From Candidatus Woesearchaeota archaeon (GTDB taxonomy: Archaea > Nanobdellota > Nanobdellia > Pacearchaeales > GW2011-AR1), in contig CAYJQB010000001.1 in the NCBI GenBank assembly GCA_964372205.1, positions 141,180 through 205,179 of the forward strand: a stretch of DNA of 64,000 nt, given 5' to 3'. The notes under the pieces were generated by a model. It was not told where the DNA came from. It made no database searches and saw only the letters and a program-made list of their open reading frames with translations. Made by a program: the position numbers and the translations under genes. Below, in pieces: positions 50,408 through 60,231 of this stretch. Position 1 is the first letter of the stretch. Every line of letters starts with the position of its first letter.

Positions 50408-51178
50408 GTGTCTATGTTAAATAATCTGGTTGAAGAAATAAAAAAGAAAAAGGAGTTTAGGGGCATTTCTTCAGAGTTTGTTTCGGGAGTTCTTCAAAGT
50501 TTTTTAAAGAAAAATAACATTTCCTTTCCTCAAGGAAAAAGAGAAGAAAAACTTATAGTAAAATCAGTCAGAGCAGAACTCAGAAGATTCACAGGGCAGT
50601 ACCAGACTTCATCAAATGGTAAACAAAGAGAAGAGCTCTTAAAACAAGGAAAAATGAATGAGTTACTTTCAACACACGTTTCCACAAAAGAAAGATTGTC
50701 TTTCTATGACGAACTTATATCAGAGATAAACAAGTTAAATCCCTCATCTATTTTGGACTTGGGCTGTGGGCTAAACCCCTTAGCCATTGCAACAAAAAAG
50801 GTCAAATATTATGCTTGTGATATCCAGGAAGATGAGTTAAAACTAGTCTCCGAATTTTTCAAGTTAAATCACATACCTGGAAAATCTTTCTACTGCGACC
50901 TAAGAAATGAAATAAATCTTCCAAAAGCAGATCTTTGTCTAATATTCAAAGTCTTTGACCTTCTAGACAAAAAGGGCCATGCAGTTTCAAAAAGAATTCT
51001 CTCAAATCTAACTTGTAGGAATATAATAGTCAGTTTCTCAACAAAAAAATTATCAGGCAGAGCTATGAACAATCCCAGAAGATACTGGTTCGAAAAGATG
51101 CTGGACTCTTTAGAATATTCTTTCGAAACAAAAAGTTCAGACAATGAAATATTTTATTTTATCCTAAAAAGACTCTAG
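50408..51178 (+). CDS. ArmA/Rmt (FmrO)-family 16S rRNA m7G1405 methyltransferase homolog
   Basis: HVSTKERL, ILDLGCGLNPLA, YACDI, LIFKV, IVSFSTKKLSGR..M match the ArmA/RmtB motifs in order. Confidence 0.8.
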   Translation: MSMLNNLVEEIKKKKEFRGISSEFVSGVLQSFLKKNNISFPQGKREEKLIVKSVRAELRRFTGQYQTSSNGKQREELLKQGKMNELLSTHVSTKERLSFYDELISEINKLNPSSILDLGCGLNPLAIATKKVKYYACDIQEDELKLVSEFFKLNHIPGKSFYCDLRNEINLPKADLCLIFKVFDLLDKKGHAVSKRILSNLTCRNIIVSFSTKKLSGRAMNNPRRYWFEKMLDSLEYSFETKSSDNEIFYFILKRL

Positions 51179-52019
51179 TCCCAGAAGATATCAGGAATGC
51201 TAAGATTATCATAACAATAGAATGTTTGAAACCAGATTTAACAGTCCCTTCAGAAAGTTTCCCTATCACCAGTCCTGCAAAAAATCCCTGCGTGAGTAGC
51301 AGATAGAGAAAAGGCCTCGCGAGCGCTTCTGGAGAGTAAGTCGAAGTGTTTACATCAGCAAAATTCCCAGAAGCAAGAGTATCAACATTATTGAAAGAGC
51401 CTATAGAATTTATTCCAGAAGTCAAAGGCAGTATCTTGAATTCCATAATAAGCATTATTCCTATGAATATCAAGAATATTATATATCCCTGCACAACTAA
51501 AGTGGACACAGCATTTTTTCTTTCCTTTCTCAACTTCTCTATCTCATAGATGGAATTCGCAACAGAATCTAATATGTGGTCTATTTCTCCTCCAGCATTT
51601 TCCGCTTCCCTTATCAAGCTTATAGCTCTTTTGACAACCTCGCTATCTGCTTCATTAGCAAAGTTTACAAAAGCTCTGCTTATCGGTATCCCTACAGATA
51701 TTTGGTTTGCAAGCTTTTTAACAGCAGGACTTAAGGGCCCAAATCCCTTATCTTTCATGTTCAGTATACTCTTCCCAATAGGTGTTCCTGACTTCACGCT
51801 CTCAGCCAGATTTCTCGAAAATTCCAAAAATTGCTGGTTGATTTCCTGTTCTTTTTTGCTTTCAAGAACCAACCCTGCTAAGATTGGAAGAAGCACCGCA
51901 GTAAAACCTATTCCCAAAAGAAATATGAAAAGCTTGTCACCTAAAAAGAAAGAAATGTCTACGATAACGATAAGCAGACCAAAAATACCTCCAATCCAAT
52001 GCATCTTTCTTATTCTCAT
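51159..52019 (-). CDS. type IV pilus platform protein (TadC/T2SS-F family)
   Basis: FLEFSRNLAESVKSG, AENAGG, QGFFAGLVIG. Confidence 0.9.
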   Translation of the reverse strand: MRIRKMHWIGGIFGLLIVIVDISFFLGDKLFIFLLGIGFTAVLLPILAGLVLESKKEQEINQQFLEFSRNLAESVKSGTPIGKSILNMKDKGFGPLSPAVKKLANQISVGIPISRAFVNFANEADSEVVKRAISLIREAENAGGEIDHILDSVANSIYEIEKLRKERKNAVSTLVVQGYIIFLIFIGIMLIMEFKILPLTSGINSIGSFNNVDTLASGNFADVNTSTYSPEALARPFLYLLLTQGFFAGLVIGKLSEGTVKSGFKHSIVMIILAFLISSGTRVFLG

Positions 52020-52285
52020 CTTTTCCCCCTCATCATCTTATACACTAAATACACGAACGAAGTTAGTATAAATATGTATGATATCCAATAAAACCCAGGG
52101 AATGCTGTTTCTGTAAACACCTGAGCACATAAGTTGTCTACAGGATAGCTTCCAAGTGGGTTGAAGAAGCTGGGGGTGCAAGAGTTGTGCCACTCAAAAG
52201 GCATCAGCAAAAATGCAGTCATCAAAATAAGCTCTGCTATAATCAGTTTTCTGAACCATCCCTCATAATTTTTTCTTTTTTTCAT
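52016..52285 (-). CDS. small 2-TM membrane protein
   Basis: Two TM helices flanking a Cys-pair loop; tightly packed between the two platform genes. Confidence 0.6.
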   Translation of the reverse strand: MKKRKNYEGWFRKLIIAELILMTAFLLMPFEWHNSCTPSFFNPLGSYPVDNLCAQVFTETAFPGFYWISYIFILTSFVYLVYKMMRGKR

Positions 52286-52286
52286 T

Positions 52287-53615
52287 TTAATATCCTGGTT
52301 GCTTTAATCCCAACAATACTATAAACAATATGTTAACAAGAGCAACGATTAGGATTATTGCTAAAGTCATAGAACTTGTTCCAATACCTATACTGATTCC
52401 TGAGACAGAAATCATTACTAAAAGCAAGAGAAGTATCATCGGAGCAGCTATAACAACGCTGATGTAAATATCCATAAATGTCTCCGCAGTCTTTGTGAAT
52501 TTCTCTCTTTCAAGGCGATAATTAAGAAGCAGTGTCTCAGCCCTTTTTTCCAGGAAAGATTTTAAATCTCCTCCAGTCATTATTGCCGTAGCAAGTCCTT
52601 TCATCAAGTCAGAAAGTTTCTTACTTGGTGTAGACTGAGCGATATTTTTTAAGGCAGTAACGAGGTCATATCCATAAACATTTATTTGATTGAGAAGCTT
52701 TCTTATCTCGCTTCCAGTGTTCCTATATTCCTTACTTGTTCCGATTATTTTGAATATCTGTGTAGGTTCAATGCCACTTCCAGAGATTGAAGCCATATGT
52801 ATTGCTACAAAAGGAAGTTCTCTGTCTATTTTACTTCCAAGTGATTTCTTTTCTGTATAAGGGTAGAAATAAAATGCTGCGAACATAAGTAATGGGGCTG
52901 CTAAGATTATCCAAGACACTTTCAGAATCCGCATTCCAATACTCCCTGCATATGATGTAAGGTATGGAGAGCTGAATTCAACATTGAAGAACAACAAGAA
53001 TACAGTGAAACCTATTCCAATTATTCCTGCAACAATCATCATGACAAACATCATCGACAGATAAGTGGTTGGGAGAATGTTCATATTGCTCTTCCTAAGA
53101 TCAAGTCTTAAGCCTGCAAATTTTCCCTTTTCCAAAAGCTCTTCAGAGAAATTTCTGAAAAGAGAATTAGAAAATTTAGCGAATCCGGCAGATTTTTTAT
53201 ACTCTTTTATTTTATCTTCTTTTACAGAATCTTTTCTCTTTAGTTTTCTCAAAAGCTCTTCACTTATACTCAATTCTTCCAAAAATTTATCTTTGTCCTG
53301 TCCGCGCAAAGACACCTTGATATACCCATTGTTTCTCAGTTTAACTTTAGAATCCGGACCTGCTTCATTCACTTCCAAGGTGAAGATATTCGCCGAAGAT
53401 TTCTTTCCAGGAATTTTCCTGATAAGTGATACGTCCTTCAATATCTCAACAACAGAATCATTTATCAATTTTATTCTTCTTTTATAAGAACCTATCATAG
53501 ACTCTAGAAGTTTTTTTTCATCAACAGATGAGAATTCAGTTCTCTCAATAAATCCGGAGAGTTCCCTGACCATTTTTATTTCATTTTCAATGTTCTCTAT
53601 CAGTTCATCTATCAT
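52287..53615 (-). CDS. type IV pilus platform protein (TadC/T2SS-F family)
   Basis: IDRELPF..HMASISGSG, YGYDLVTAL, TPS, TGGDL. Confidence 0.9.
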   Translation of the reverse strand: MIDELIENIENEIKMVRELSGFIERTEFSSVDEKKLLESMIGSYKRRIKLINDSVVEILKDVSLIRKIPGKKSSANIFTLEVNEAGPDSKVKLRNNGYIKVSLRGQDKDKFLEELSISEELLRKLKRKDSVKEDKIKEYKKSAGFAKFSNSLFRNFSEELLEKGKFAGLRLDLRKSNMNILPTTYLSMMFVMMIVAGIIGIGFTVFLLFFNVEFSSPYLTSYAGSIGMRILKVSWIILAAPLLMFAAFYFYPYTEKKSLGSKIDRELPFVAIHMASISGSGIEPTQIFKIIGTSKEYRNTGSEIRKLLNQINVYGYDLVTALKNIAQSTPSKKLSDLMKGLATAIMTGGDLKSFLEKRAETLLLNYRLEREKFTKTAETFMDIYISVVIAAPMILLLLLVMISVSGISIGIGTSSMTLAIILIVALVNILFIVLLGLKQPGY

Positions 53616-53619
53616 GTCA

Positions 53620-53802
53620 TTACCTCTTTACTATAATATCGATTTTTTTCTGAATATCCAATATCTCTTTTTTTGTTTTTTCTAGCTCTTCAAAATCTTT
53701 CTTCTCATAAGAACTATCTAACTTTTTAGCCGCAATCAGCATAGAATCCAACAATTGTGCCAGAGCTACCACCTCTTGTTTATCCATAATTCTAGAAGCC
53801 AA
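53620..53802 (-). CDS. small coiled-coil protein
   Basis: 60-aa ORF filling the gap between the ATPase and TadC genes. Confidence 0.55.
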   Translation of the reverse strand: MASRIMDKQEVVALAQLLDSMLIAAKKLDSSYEKKDFEELEKTKKEILDIQKKIDIIVKR

Positions 53803-53819
53803 ACTGCGTTTAAATAACT

Positions 53820-55379
53820 TTATTTAGACACGTTCTGTTCAGGGCTCTTAGCGGGTTCCACTACCCCATACTTTCTAAGTACCGCCGCAGGATTTCTATA
53901 GTATTCGTTCACAATCTTCTGCATATCTGCAAAGCCGAAAATACCTGCTTTGTATAGGTTGTAGAGCAACCTTGCTCTTCTAGAAAACTCTACCTGAAGC
54001 TCTTCGAGGCTTGTTCCATACCTTGCAGAAATTTTTTCAAATACTTTACTTTGTTTCTTGAAGAAGAAAGAATCTTTTCCGGCATCCCACACAAGAGGAG
54101 TATTTATCAAAGTGGACCCATTCTTATCAACATTGACAACTTCGACAATCTCTCTTAACCTTCTCGTATGCTTATTTTTTAAGATTGCATGAGTCATAAC
54201 TGCTATACAATCTAAAGTGTTTACCAACGTTGGTGAAAGGTTGATTGGAGGAGTCTGTAATCTTCTTACAACTGTCTCCAAAGAGTCTGCGTGCAGAGTG
54301 CTTATAGAAGGATGACCGGAAGCCATTCCCTGGAAAAGAACAGACGCCTCTTTACCCCTTACCTCTCCAACAATCACATAGTCTGGATTTTGTCTGAAAG
54401 AGTTTTTCAGAAGGTCAAAAAGGTCGACTTGTCCCACCTTTCCAATACCTACAGAGGTTCTAGCTACAGCCGGAAGCCAGTTCTCTCTCGGAAGATTAAG
54501 TTCTCTAGTGTCTTCAATAGAGATGACTCTTGCTTCAGGAGGAATAAAAAATGCAAGAGCGTTCAGGAGAGTTGTTTTTCCAGAAGATGTTCCTCCAGTT
54601 ATCAATATGTTAGACTTGAACTGTATCAACAGCCAAAAGTATGCGAGCATCTCCGGACTTAAAGTATGCAGAGCAATCAATTGCGTTGGAGTCCAAGGGA
54701 CTTTTGTGAACTTTCTTATCGTGAATGTAGGTCCTCGAGAGGTGACATCTTTAGTATAAGTAGCATTTACTCTGCTTCCATCAGGAAGCGAACCATCTAA
54801 CAAGGGATTAGCGTAAGATATGTATTTTCCACTTCTTTGCGAAAGTTTTTCAACAAAACTTGCAAGTTCGTCAACGTTCCTGAATATGATGTTAGTCTTA
54901 AGATTTCTGAACATTCTGTGAACGATGTAAGTAGGAGTATCAACTCCATTACACTCTATATCTTCAATAAAGTAGTCTTTCAATAAAGGGTCTATCTGAT
55001 TCATCCCTATAAAATCTCTATAAAGATAGTAGAACAACCTCTCATAACTTGATTCGCTAATCTTCAGATTAAGCTCCCCTATAAGCAATCTCGCAGTTTT
55101 GTCTATGTACTCAACAAGGCTTTGTAGAGTTTTATCAACAGCAAGATTGACATTTATCATCTCAAGCATAGCTTCCTCTATTTTTTTGAGAGCTATTTTT
55201 TCCTCATCGCTAAGAAGTGGCTCTTCAACATCGTAGACAAGCTCACCTGCATTCTCATCCCAATAGATGTGCGCATTCGCATAAGGAGCTATCAAAGAAT
55301 ACCTAATATCTATCTGAGTTTTATCATCAAATTTCTTAAGTGGAGGGATGCTAGGCCGAACATTTATTTTAATCACCAT
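53820..55379 (-). CDS. type IV pilus assembly ATPase (PilB/FlaI-like)
   Basis: IEDIECNG, LPDGSRV, GGTSSGKTT, IEDTRE, RQNPD..VGEVRG, GH..STLHA. Confidence 0.95.
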   Translation of the reverse strand: MVIKINVRPSIPPLKKFDDKTQIDIRYSLIAPYANAHIYWDENAGELVYDVEEPLLSDEEKIALKKIEEAMLEMINVNLAVDKTLQSLVEYIDKTARLLIGELNLKISESSYERLFYYLYRDFIGMNQIDPLLKDYFIEDIECNGVDTPTYIVHRMFRNLKTNIIFRNVDELASFVEKLSQRSGKYISYANPLLDGSLPDGSRVNATYTKDVTSRGPTFTIRKFTKVPWTPTQLIALHTLSPEMLAYFWLLIQFKSNILITGGTSSGKTTLLNALAFFIPPEARVISIEDTRELNLPRENWLPAVARTSVGIGKVGQVDLFDLLKNSFRQNPDYVIVGEVRGKEASVLFQGMASGHPSISTLHADSLETVVRRLQTPPINLSPTLVNTLDCIAVMTHAILKNKHTRRLREIVEVVNVDKNGSTLINTPLVWDAGKDSFFFKKQSKVFEKISARYGTSLEELQVEFSRRARLLYNLYKAGIFGFADMQKIVNEYYRNPAAVLRKYGVVEPAKSPEQNVSK

Positions 55380-55418
55380 CTTGCAATAACTACTTTGTAG
55401 GAATTTATATACTTAATG

Positions 55419-55940
55419 CTAAACTTGTTCAAAACTTACTATTTGTATGCCCTCATCTGTAAATCCGTCGTTCTGGAACCTGAATTTATAGGGAACACTG
55501 CTCGATTGGAATATCAAAATCTCATCTGTTCCTTCAAAAGTCAGATTGAACTGATACTCTAATGAAAGCTCAACCTTGTGTTTTTTTGCACCTTCTGTAG
55601 TTAGCACTTTTACTCTTCCTATCTCCGTCTCAACACCAGGTTCAGAGAATAGCAAATCACTATCTTCTAGCACAAAATTTATCTTGTCATTCGCTCTATC
55701 AAATCTAAGTTGCCCTCTTTTCATCCCAAACTCAACAGTCCTAGCATTTCCAACTCCTCCAGATGTTGTTTCAGACAATTTAGAATCCAATGCGTTCATA
55801 GAAGATATAGTTTGTTCAAGAATAGACTTATCCCTGAATTCATTTATTCTAGGTGTGACTATAGCCAATACCACTGCTAACAGAGCAAGCCCTATCAAAG
55901 TGTAAATAACTGTCTCTACCCAAATCTGGCCTTTTTCCAT
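55419..55940 (-). CDS. minor pilin-like protein
   Basis: MEKG/QIWVETVIYTLIG. Confidence 0.75.
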   Translation of the reverse strand: MEKGQIWVETVIYTLIGLALLAVVLAIVTPRINEFRDKSILEQTISSMNALDSKLSETTSGGVGNARTVEFGMKRGQLRFDRANDKINFVLEDSDLLFSEPGVETEIGRVKVLTTEGAKKHKVELSLEYQFNLTFEGTDEILIFQSSSVPYKFRFQNDGFTDEGIQIVSFEQV

Positions 55941-55941
55941 T

Positions 55942-56478
55942 TTAATAAGCTAGCAAACTCTGTCTGGCATCATTATCCAAGCAGGTGTTAACTCTTATAG
56001 AATCACTAACATCACAAAGCTTTCCAGACTTCAATATTGCATTGACTTCAAGCTCATCAAATAATCCATCCGCGACATAAGTTCTTACTCCCCCCTTACT
56101 AGGCACATTTAGCTTCGTATCAAATCCTGAACTAAGCATTCTTATCTTTATTCCTAAAGAATTTCCATCAGTTCCATTCATTATCTCCATGACTTCAGAA
56201 GTCCCGTCCTTGAAAAGCGAGACTTTTATTCCAGCGACTTCCTCCCCATTGACTCTCACAGAGAATCCTGTTCTGTTCTTATCTCCTCCATCAACATAAC
56301 AGTTGTAAGGAGTTTCATCAAATTTCACATCTCCAAGAGTGTTTATACATTCTTCACTTCCTTCAAGATTTTCGCTTACAAAAGGAATTACAAAAACAGC
56401 CAGAATGCTTATAGCAACAAAAGTTATTATTAAAATCAGAACAGTAGCGATTATAGGACTTATACCTCGTTTATTCAT
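55942..56478 (-). CDS. type IV pilin
   Basis: MNKRG/ISPIIATVLIL; SD-like GAGGAG before ATG 56478. Confidence 0.85.
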   Translation of the reverse strand: MNKRGISPIIATVLILIITFVAISILAVFVIPFVSENLEGSEECINTLGDVKFDETPYNCYVDGGDKNRTGFSVRVNGEEVAGIKVSLFKDGTSEVMEIMNGTDGNSLGIKIRMLSSGFDTKLNVPSKGGVRTYVADGLFDELEVNAILKSGKLCDVSDSIRVNTCLDNDARQSLLAY

Positions 56479-56527
56479 CACACTCCTCTCCATCTCGTTA
56501 AATGTAGAAATCTCTTTTTATATGTTT

Positions 56528-56989
56528 CTAAATAGTCACTCCAACGCCATATTGGTCAGCGCAAGTATAAGCCACTTTTCCCGCATCAGTCTCTCCAAGG
56601 ATTATAGGAACGACTAGTATTTCGTCATTATCATCAAAATCACTTCCAAGAAGTTTTTTGGTTAAGGTTATAGATTCTCCAGTCCCTACGCTCTCACTAG
56701 TATACTCTGTCACAACAACCTCTCCTTTACCAAATCTCTTTATGTCAAATCCGTATAACGGAGCTTCACCCTGATTGTTTATTTCAAGAACATAATCTTC
56801 TCCAGAAGGAAATATTCCAGCTTGGAATTTAACTTTTCCAGCACATGCATTTTCGGCAGGCTCTCCAAATTTGGAAACTCCTTCTTTGACAAACCCTCTT
56901 GCCCATAAGAAAACTATTGAAGCAAGGATAATAACAATCATTATTAACAATACTGAAGCAATTACCGGACTCAATCCCCTCTTATTCAT
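56528..56989 (-). CDS. type IV pilin
   Basis: MNKRG/LSPVIASVLLIMI. Confidence 0.88.
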   Translation of the reverse strand: MNKRGLSPVIASVLLIMIVIILASIVFLWARGFVKEGVSKFGEPAENACAGKVKFQAGIFPSGEDYVLEINNQGEAPLYGFDIKRFGKGEVVVTEYTSESVGTGESITLTKKLLGSDFDDNDEILVVPIILGETDAGKVAYTCADQYGVGVTI

Positions 56990-57029
56990 TTTAATAGATG
57001 TTCTGTTTTATTTTTATATCTTTGTAACA

Positions 57030-58646
57030 CTAAGGGTTAGCTATGCATTCACCCCATCCACATTGGGAAGTACATGTTTGCGTTCCTCCACCGATTTCTC
57101 CACCGCTTCCAGAATCTCCACCATAACTAATAGCGAATCCACCCACTCCACCCCCACCAGTTTGATCTCCCGGAGTGCAATCTCGTATATCTCCTACTTC
57201 ACATATTTCATATCCTTCATCCCATACTCCATTTCCACAATACCCTGCACATCCACCTATATTGAATTTACACTCATTCTGGTTTCCAGGAACATAACAA
57301 CTCAATGTTCCATAGTAATAGTTTCCGTATCCAGGAGAAGGAATGTTTGTACAGTCTTTTCCATTCAGATTGTTTCCGTCACACTCTTCCCATATTTGGT
57401 CAATAAGTCCATTTCCACAGACAGGATTATTTGAATCACATCCATCAGGAACTCCATCACCATCACTATCCTGGTTATCATCAAATCCATCACAAGTATC
57501 GTCTGTGTCACAAACTCCATCTCCATCTGTGTCATCTGGATTGTCAAATGGACACATATCTGCATCATCGCAAATTCCATCTTCATCAGTATCGAAGTTA
57601 GATTGTCCGTAACAATCACATGCATCACCTAATCCATCTCCATCACTATCCTGCTGATTACTATTTGAGTCATAAACACAGTTGTCATCGCTGTCACGTA
57701 CTCCATCCCCATCAGAATCTCTTGGAGTAACTTTCAGTTCATTTGAAGAGTCAATAAACTCATTACCATTTTCTACTAAAAATGCTCTAAAAATATATTC
57801 TGGATTGTCGTTTATTCCATCATCCTGTTCCCACACAGCTGTCCATGTGACTGACGCTACAGCTCCAGAGAACATTACATTCCCAGGCATATTAAAACTG
57901 ACAGCATCTCCATCATCCCAGTTTCCGCTTCCAAATAGGGAATCATCCTCTCTTATCTCAAATCTCACCTCTTTTCCGTCGCAGTACGAATCTCCTCCAA
58001 TAATAAGGTTTACATTTTCTCCCTCTTCTACTTGCGTTGTGCTCCATGATGCGCTAGTCAATCCACACTCCTGCTGATTGTTCCCACCACCATTTCCATT
58101 GTCAGAATCATCAAGCAAGTTGTTCTGAACATCAAAGTTTATACATTGGATTATCTCAAGAGATTTACTAGCCTCACCACATACATGACCATCACTCAAT
58201 ATTGGAAATATATCAACTCTGTCATAAGCACCATTTGCAACATAAATTCTCACTCCTCCCTCGTTATTCGCTTCCAAAGGCAGTCCGAATGACTGCTGAT
58301 AAGACATCCTTAATAGGTTAGAAGTTACACCATCTTCAACATCAACAATTTCTGTGCTTCCACTTTGCAATAATCCTACTCTAAATCCTCTGATGTTCTC
58401 GCTTTCAATTTTTATAGAAAATCCAGTTCTTTGTTTATCTGTATCACTATACCAGCAATTGTAATCAGAGCTTTTATCAAAATTAATTTCATTCAGCGCA
58501 TCAAAACAATCTTCTCTCCCGAATATATCTTTCACAAAAGGAATAGCATATTTTGCAAGCAACCCTCCAAGAACAATCACTACCAATATAATAAGAATAG
58601 TAGCCATAACAGGGCTTATACCCTTTTTATTCAACCCTCTTTTCAT
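57030..58646 (-). CDS. type IV pilin fused to Ig-like, thrombospondin type 3 and Cys-rich repeats
   Basis: NKKG/ISPVMATIL; five DxDxDG..D..D Ca-binding repeats; two CGNG...E.C repeats. Confidence 0.85.
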   Translation of the reverse strand: MKRGLNKKGISPVMATILIILVVIVLGGLLAKYAIPFVKDIFGREDCFDALNEINFDKSSDYNCWYSDTDKQRTGFSIKIESENIRGFRVGLLQSGSTEIVDVEDGVTSNLLRMSYQQSFGLPLEANNEGGVRIYVANGAYDRVDIFPILSDGHVCGEASKSLEIIQCINFDVQNNLLDDSDNGNGGGNNQQECGLTSASWSTTQVEEGENVNLIIGGDSYCDGKEVRFEIREDDSLFGSGNWDDGDAVSFNMPGNVMFSGAVASVTWTAVWEQDDGINDNPEYIFRAFLVENGNEFIDSSNELKVTPRDSDGDGVRDSDDNCVYDSNSNQQDSDGDGLGDACDCYGQSNFDTDEDGICDDADMCPFDNPDDTDGDGVCDTDDTCDGFDDNQDSDGDGVPDGCDSNNPVCGNGLIDQIWEECDGNNLNGKDCTNIPSPGYGNYYYGTLSCYVPGNQNECKFNIGGCAGYCGNGVWDEGYEICEVGDIRDCTPGDQTGGGGVGGFAISYGGDSGSGGEIGGGTQTCTSQCGWGECIANP

Positions 58647-58681
58647 AATCTTAATTAGAAGATTTAGTTTTTAATTATTTG

Positions 58682-59206
58682 CTAAATACAATTAACAGTC
58701 CTCGTTTGAATAGCATCTGTGCATATAGCAGGGTAATTATCAACAAAGACTACTGGTCCTACTTCCAGTTCCTGTTCACCTAAGTTAGTGTAATTGAAAG
58801 ATTTCATTATCATCTCTCCTGGCTTAAGTCCTTCATCGAGAACTTTTCTTCCATCAGTAGTAGTCTCCTGATTAAAGTAAACATTACATTCATTCCCTCT
58901 TGAGCCTTCAAAGCACAACGTTTCTCTCGCAATCCTGCTAGAGTTTCCTATTTTGACAAAGGCACCATCAACACTGAAAAGTCCTCGATTTTCTAAAGTG
59001 ATATTCAGATAACCTCCAACACATTTTACTTCTCTCACATTCACACTAACATCAGTAGGACATTTAGGATTATCCTTTGGAACATAAAAGTTCAAAAAAG
59101 CATAGACTCCAGCAGCAATCCCTACAGCTATCACAATCAAAAGCACATAACCTACCATCTCACTAAGTCCTTTTCTATCCTTCTGCAACCAAAACTTCAT
59201 CCTCAT
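58682..59206 (-). CDS. type IV pilin
   Basis: DRKG/LSEMVGYVLLIVI. Confidence 0.8.
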   Translation of the reverse strand: MRMKFWLQKDRKGLSEMVGYVLLIVIAVGIAAGVYAFLNFYVPKDNPKCPTDVSVNVREVKCVGGYLNITLENRGLFSVDGAFVKIGNSSRIARETLCFEGSRGNECNVYFNQETTTDGRKVLDEGLKPGEMIMKSFNYTNLGEQELEVGPVVFVDNYPAICTDAIQTRTVNCI

Positions 59207-59693
59207 CCTCCTTGATAACTATGTAAAAGAAGTTATAACCTTTTTTCATTTCAAAGGTATGAGTGGAATTGTCTATAATTACTTTTATCTCTTCTCCTTG
59301 AAGTGAAACATTAGCTTCTTTTCCAGTCTTCCTTTGCACAGGCACAGTAACCCACTCTCCTCCTGTGTCTATCCCTACAACTCCAAGACTTTCTTCTTTA
59401 AAATGCATACCATACAGGTCAGAACTGTTCCCATAGACTGATATGAACTGATCAGAGCCTATATAATCAGAGTAATTGAAAAGGAAGTCAGACGTAAGGT
59501 CTAGGACATTTTCTTCACTGTATGCGCTGTAGTCCATGAGTTCTTTGTTCTCATCCCCAACTTCCTTGGCTAAATCATAGAAATACTCCTTGCTTTCTTT
59601 TACATTCACATAATTGACTATGGTGGTAAGCCCCAAGAGCACCCCTATTATTATGAATGTAGCTACTAAAAAAAACTGCCCTCTTTCGTTCAT
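59175..59693 (-). CDS. minor pilin-like protein
   Basis: MNERG/QFFLVATFIIIG. Confidence 0.72.
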   Translation of the reverse strand: MNERGQFFLVATFIIIGVLLGLTTIVNYVNVKESKEYFYDLAKEVGDENKELMDYSAYSEENVLDLTSDFLFNYSDYIGSDQFISVYGNSSDLYGMHFKEESLGVVGIDTGGEWVTVPVQRKTGKEANVSLQGEEIKVIIDNSTHTFEMKKGYNFFYIVIKEDEDEVLVAEG

Positions 59694-59723
59694 AAGATAC
59701 TCAAAACACTTTTATTTTTAATG

Positions 59724-60197
59724 TTATGCTTTGATATCTTCTCTGAACTCGTAGCGAACTATCTTATCACTTCCAATTGAATCAAAAAAGAATCTCCCAA
59801 AAATGTTGTTTCCTTTCAAGACAGAGGGTAACCAAATAATATCATCTTCCCACATTTTTTCATAAGGCACTTCTTCATGGTTGAACCATTTAGGAATCAT
59901 CTCTTCAGACTCTTTAATTTCTCCTTCAAATTTTTTAGCGCTAAAAAGGTGAACTTCCCAAATTTCTGAGTCTTTTTCATAAATAAACTCTAACTTTCCT
60001 CTTTTCTCAAATTCTTTAATCTCTATTCCTGCTTCTTCCTTAAACTCTCGAAGCATGGCATTTTCAATAGACTCTCCTTCCTCAACTTTCCCTCCAAAGC
60101 TATTCCATTTTCCAGCACCGAAACCACGCTTTTTCATACCTAATAGGATTCTTTCAGAATCATGCAACATACAAAGAGTTAGTATCTTTCTCCTCAT
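59724..60197 (-). CDS. Nudix hydrolase, MTH1/MutT-type 8-oxo-dGTPase
   Basis: LLGMKKRGFGAGKWN.FGGKVEEGE..REFKEEAG; ESEEM.P.WF; MWEDD. Confidence 0.92.
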   Translation of the reverse strand: MRRKILTLCMLHDSERILLGMKKRGFGAGKWNSFGGKVEEGESIENAMLREFKEEAGIEIKEFEKRGKLEFIYEKDSEIWEVHLFSAKKFEGEIKESEEMIPKWFNHEEVPYEKMWEDDIIWLPSVLKGNNIFGRFFFDSIGSDKIVRYEFREDIKA

Positions 60198-60231
60198 TAA
60201 AATTTCACAAATCTAAACTTTATAAGAATAG

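Noticed and set aside
57440..57725. DNA repeat array or CRISPR
   Set aside because: The recurring ccatc/atc motifs encode TSP3 DxDGDG protein repeats; no repeat-spacer periodicity and no cas genes
56871..58077. Long antisense ORFs over the pilin genes (similar cases at 1716, 3271, 51550, 53065)
   Set aside because: Shadow frames of well-supported minus-strand genes, with Ser/Phe/Ile-biased composition
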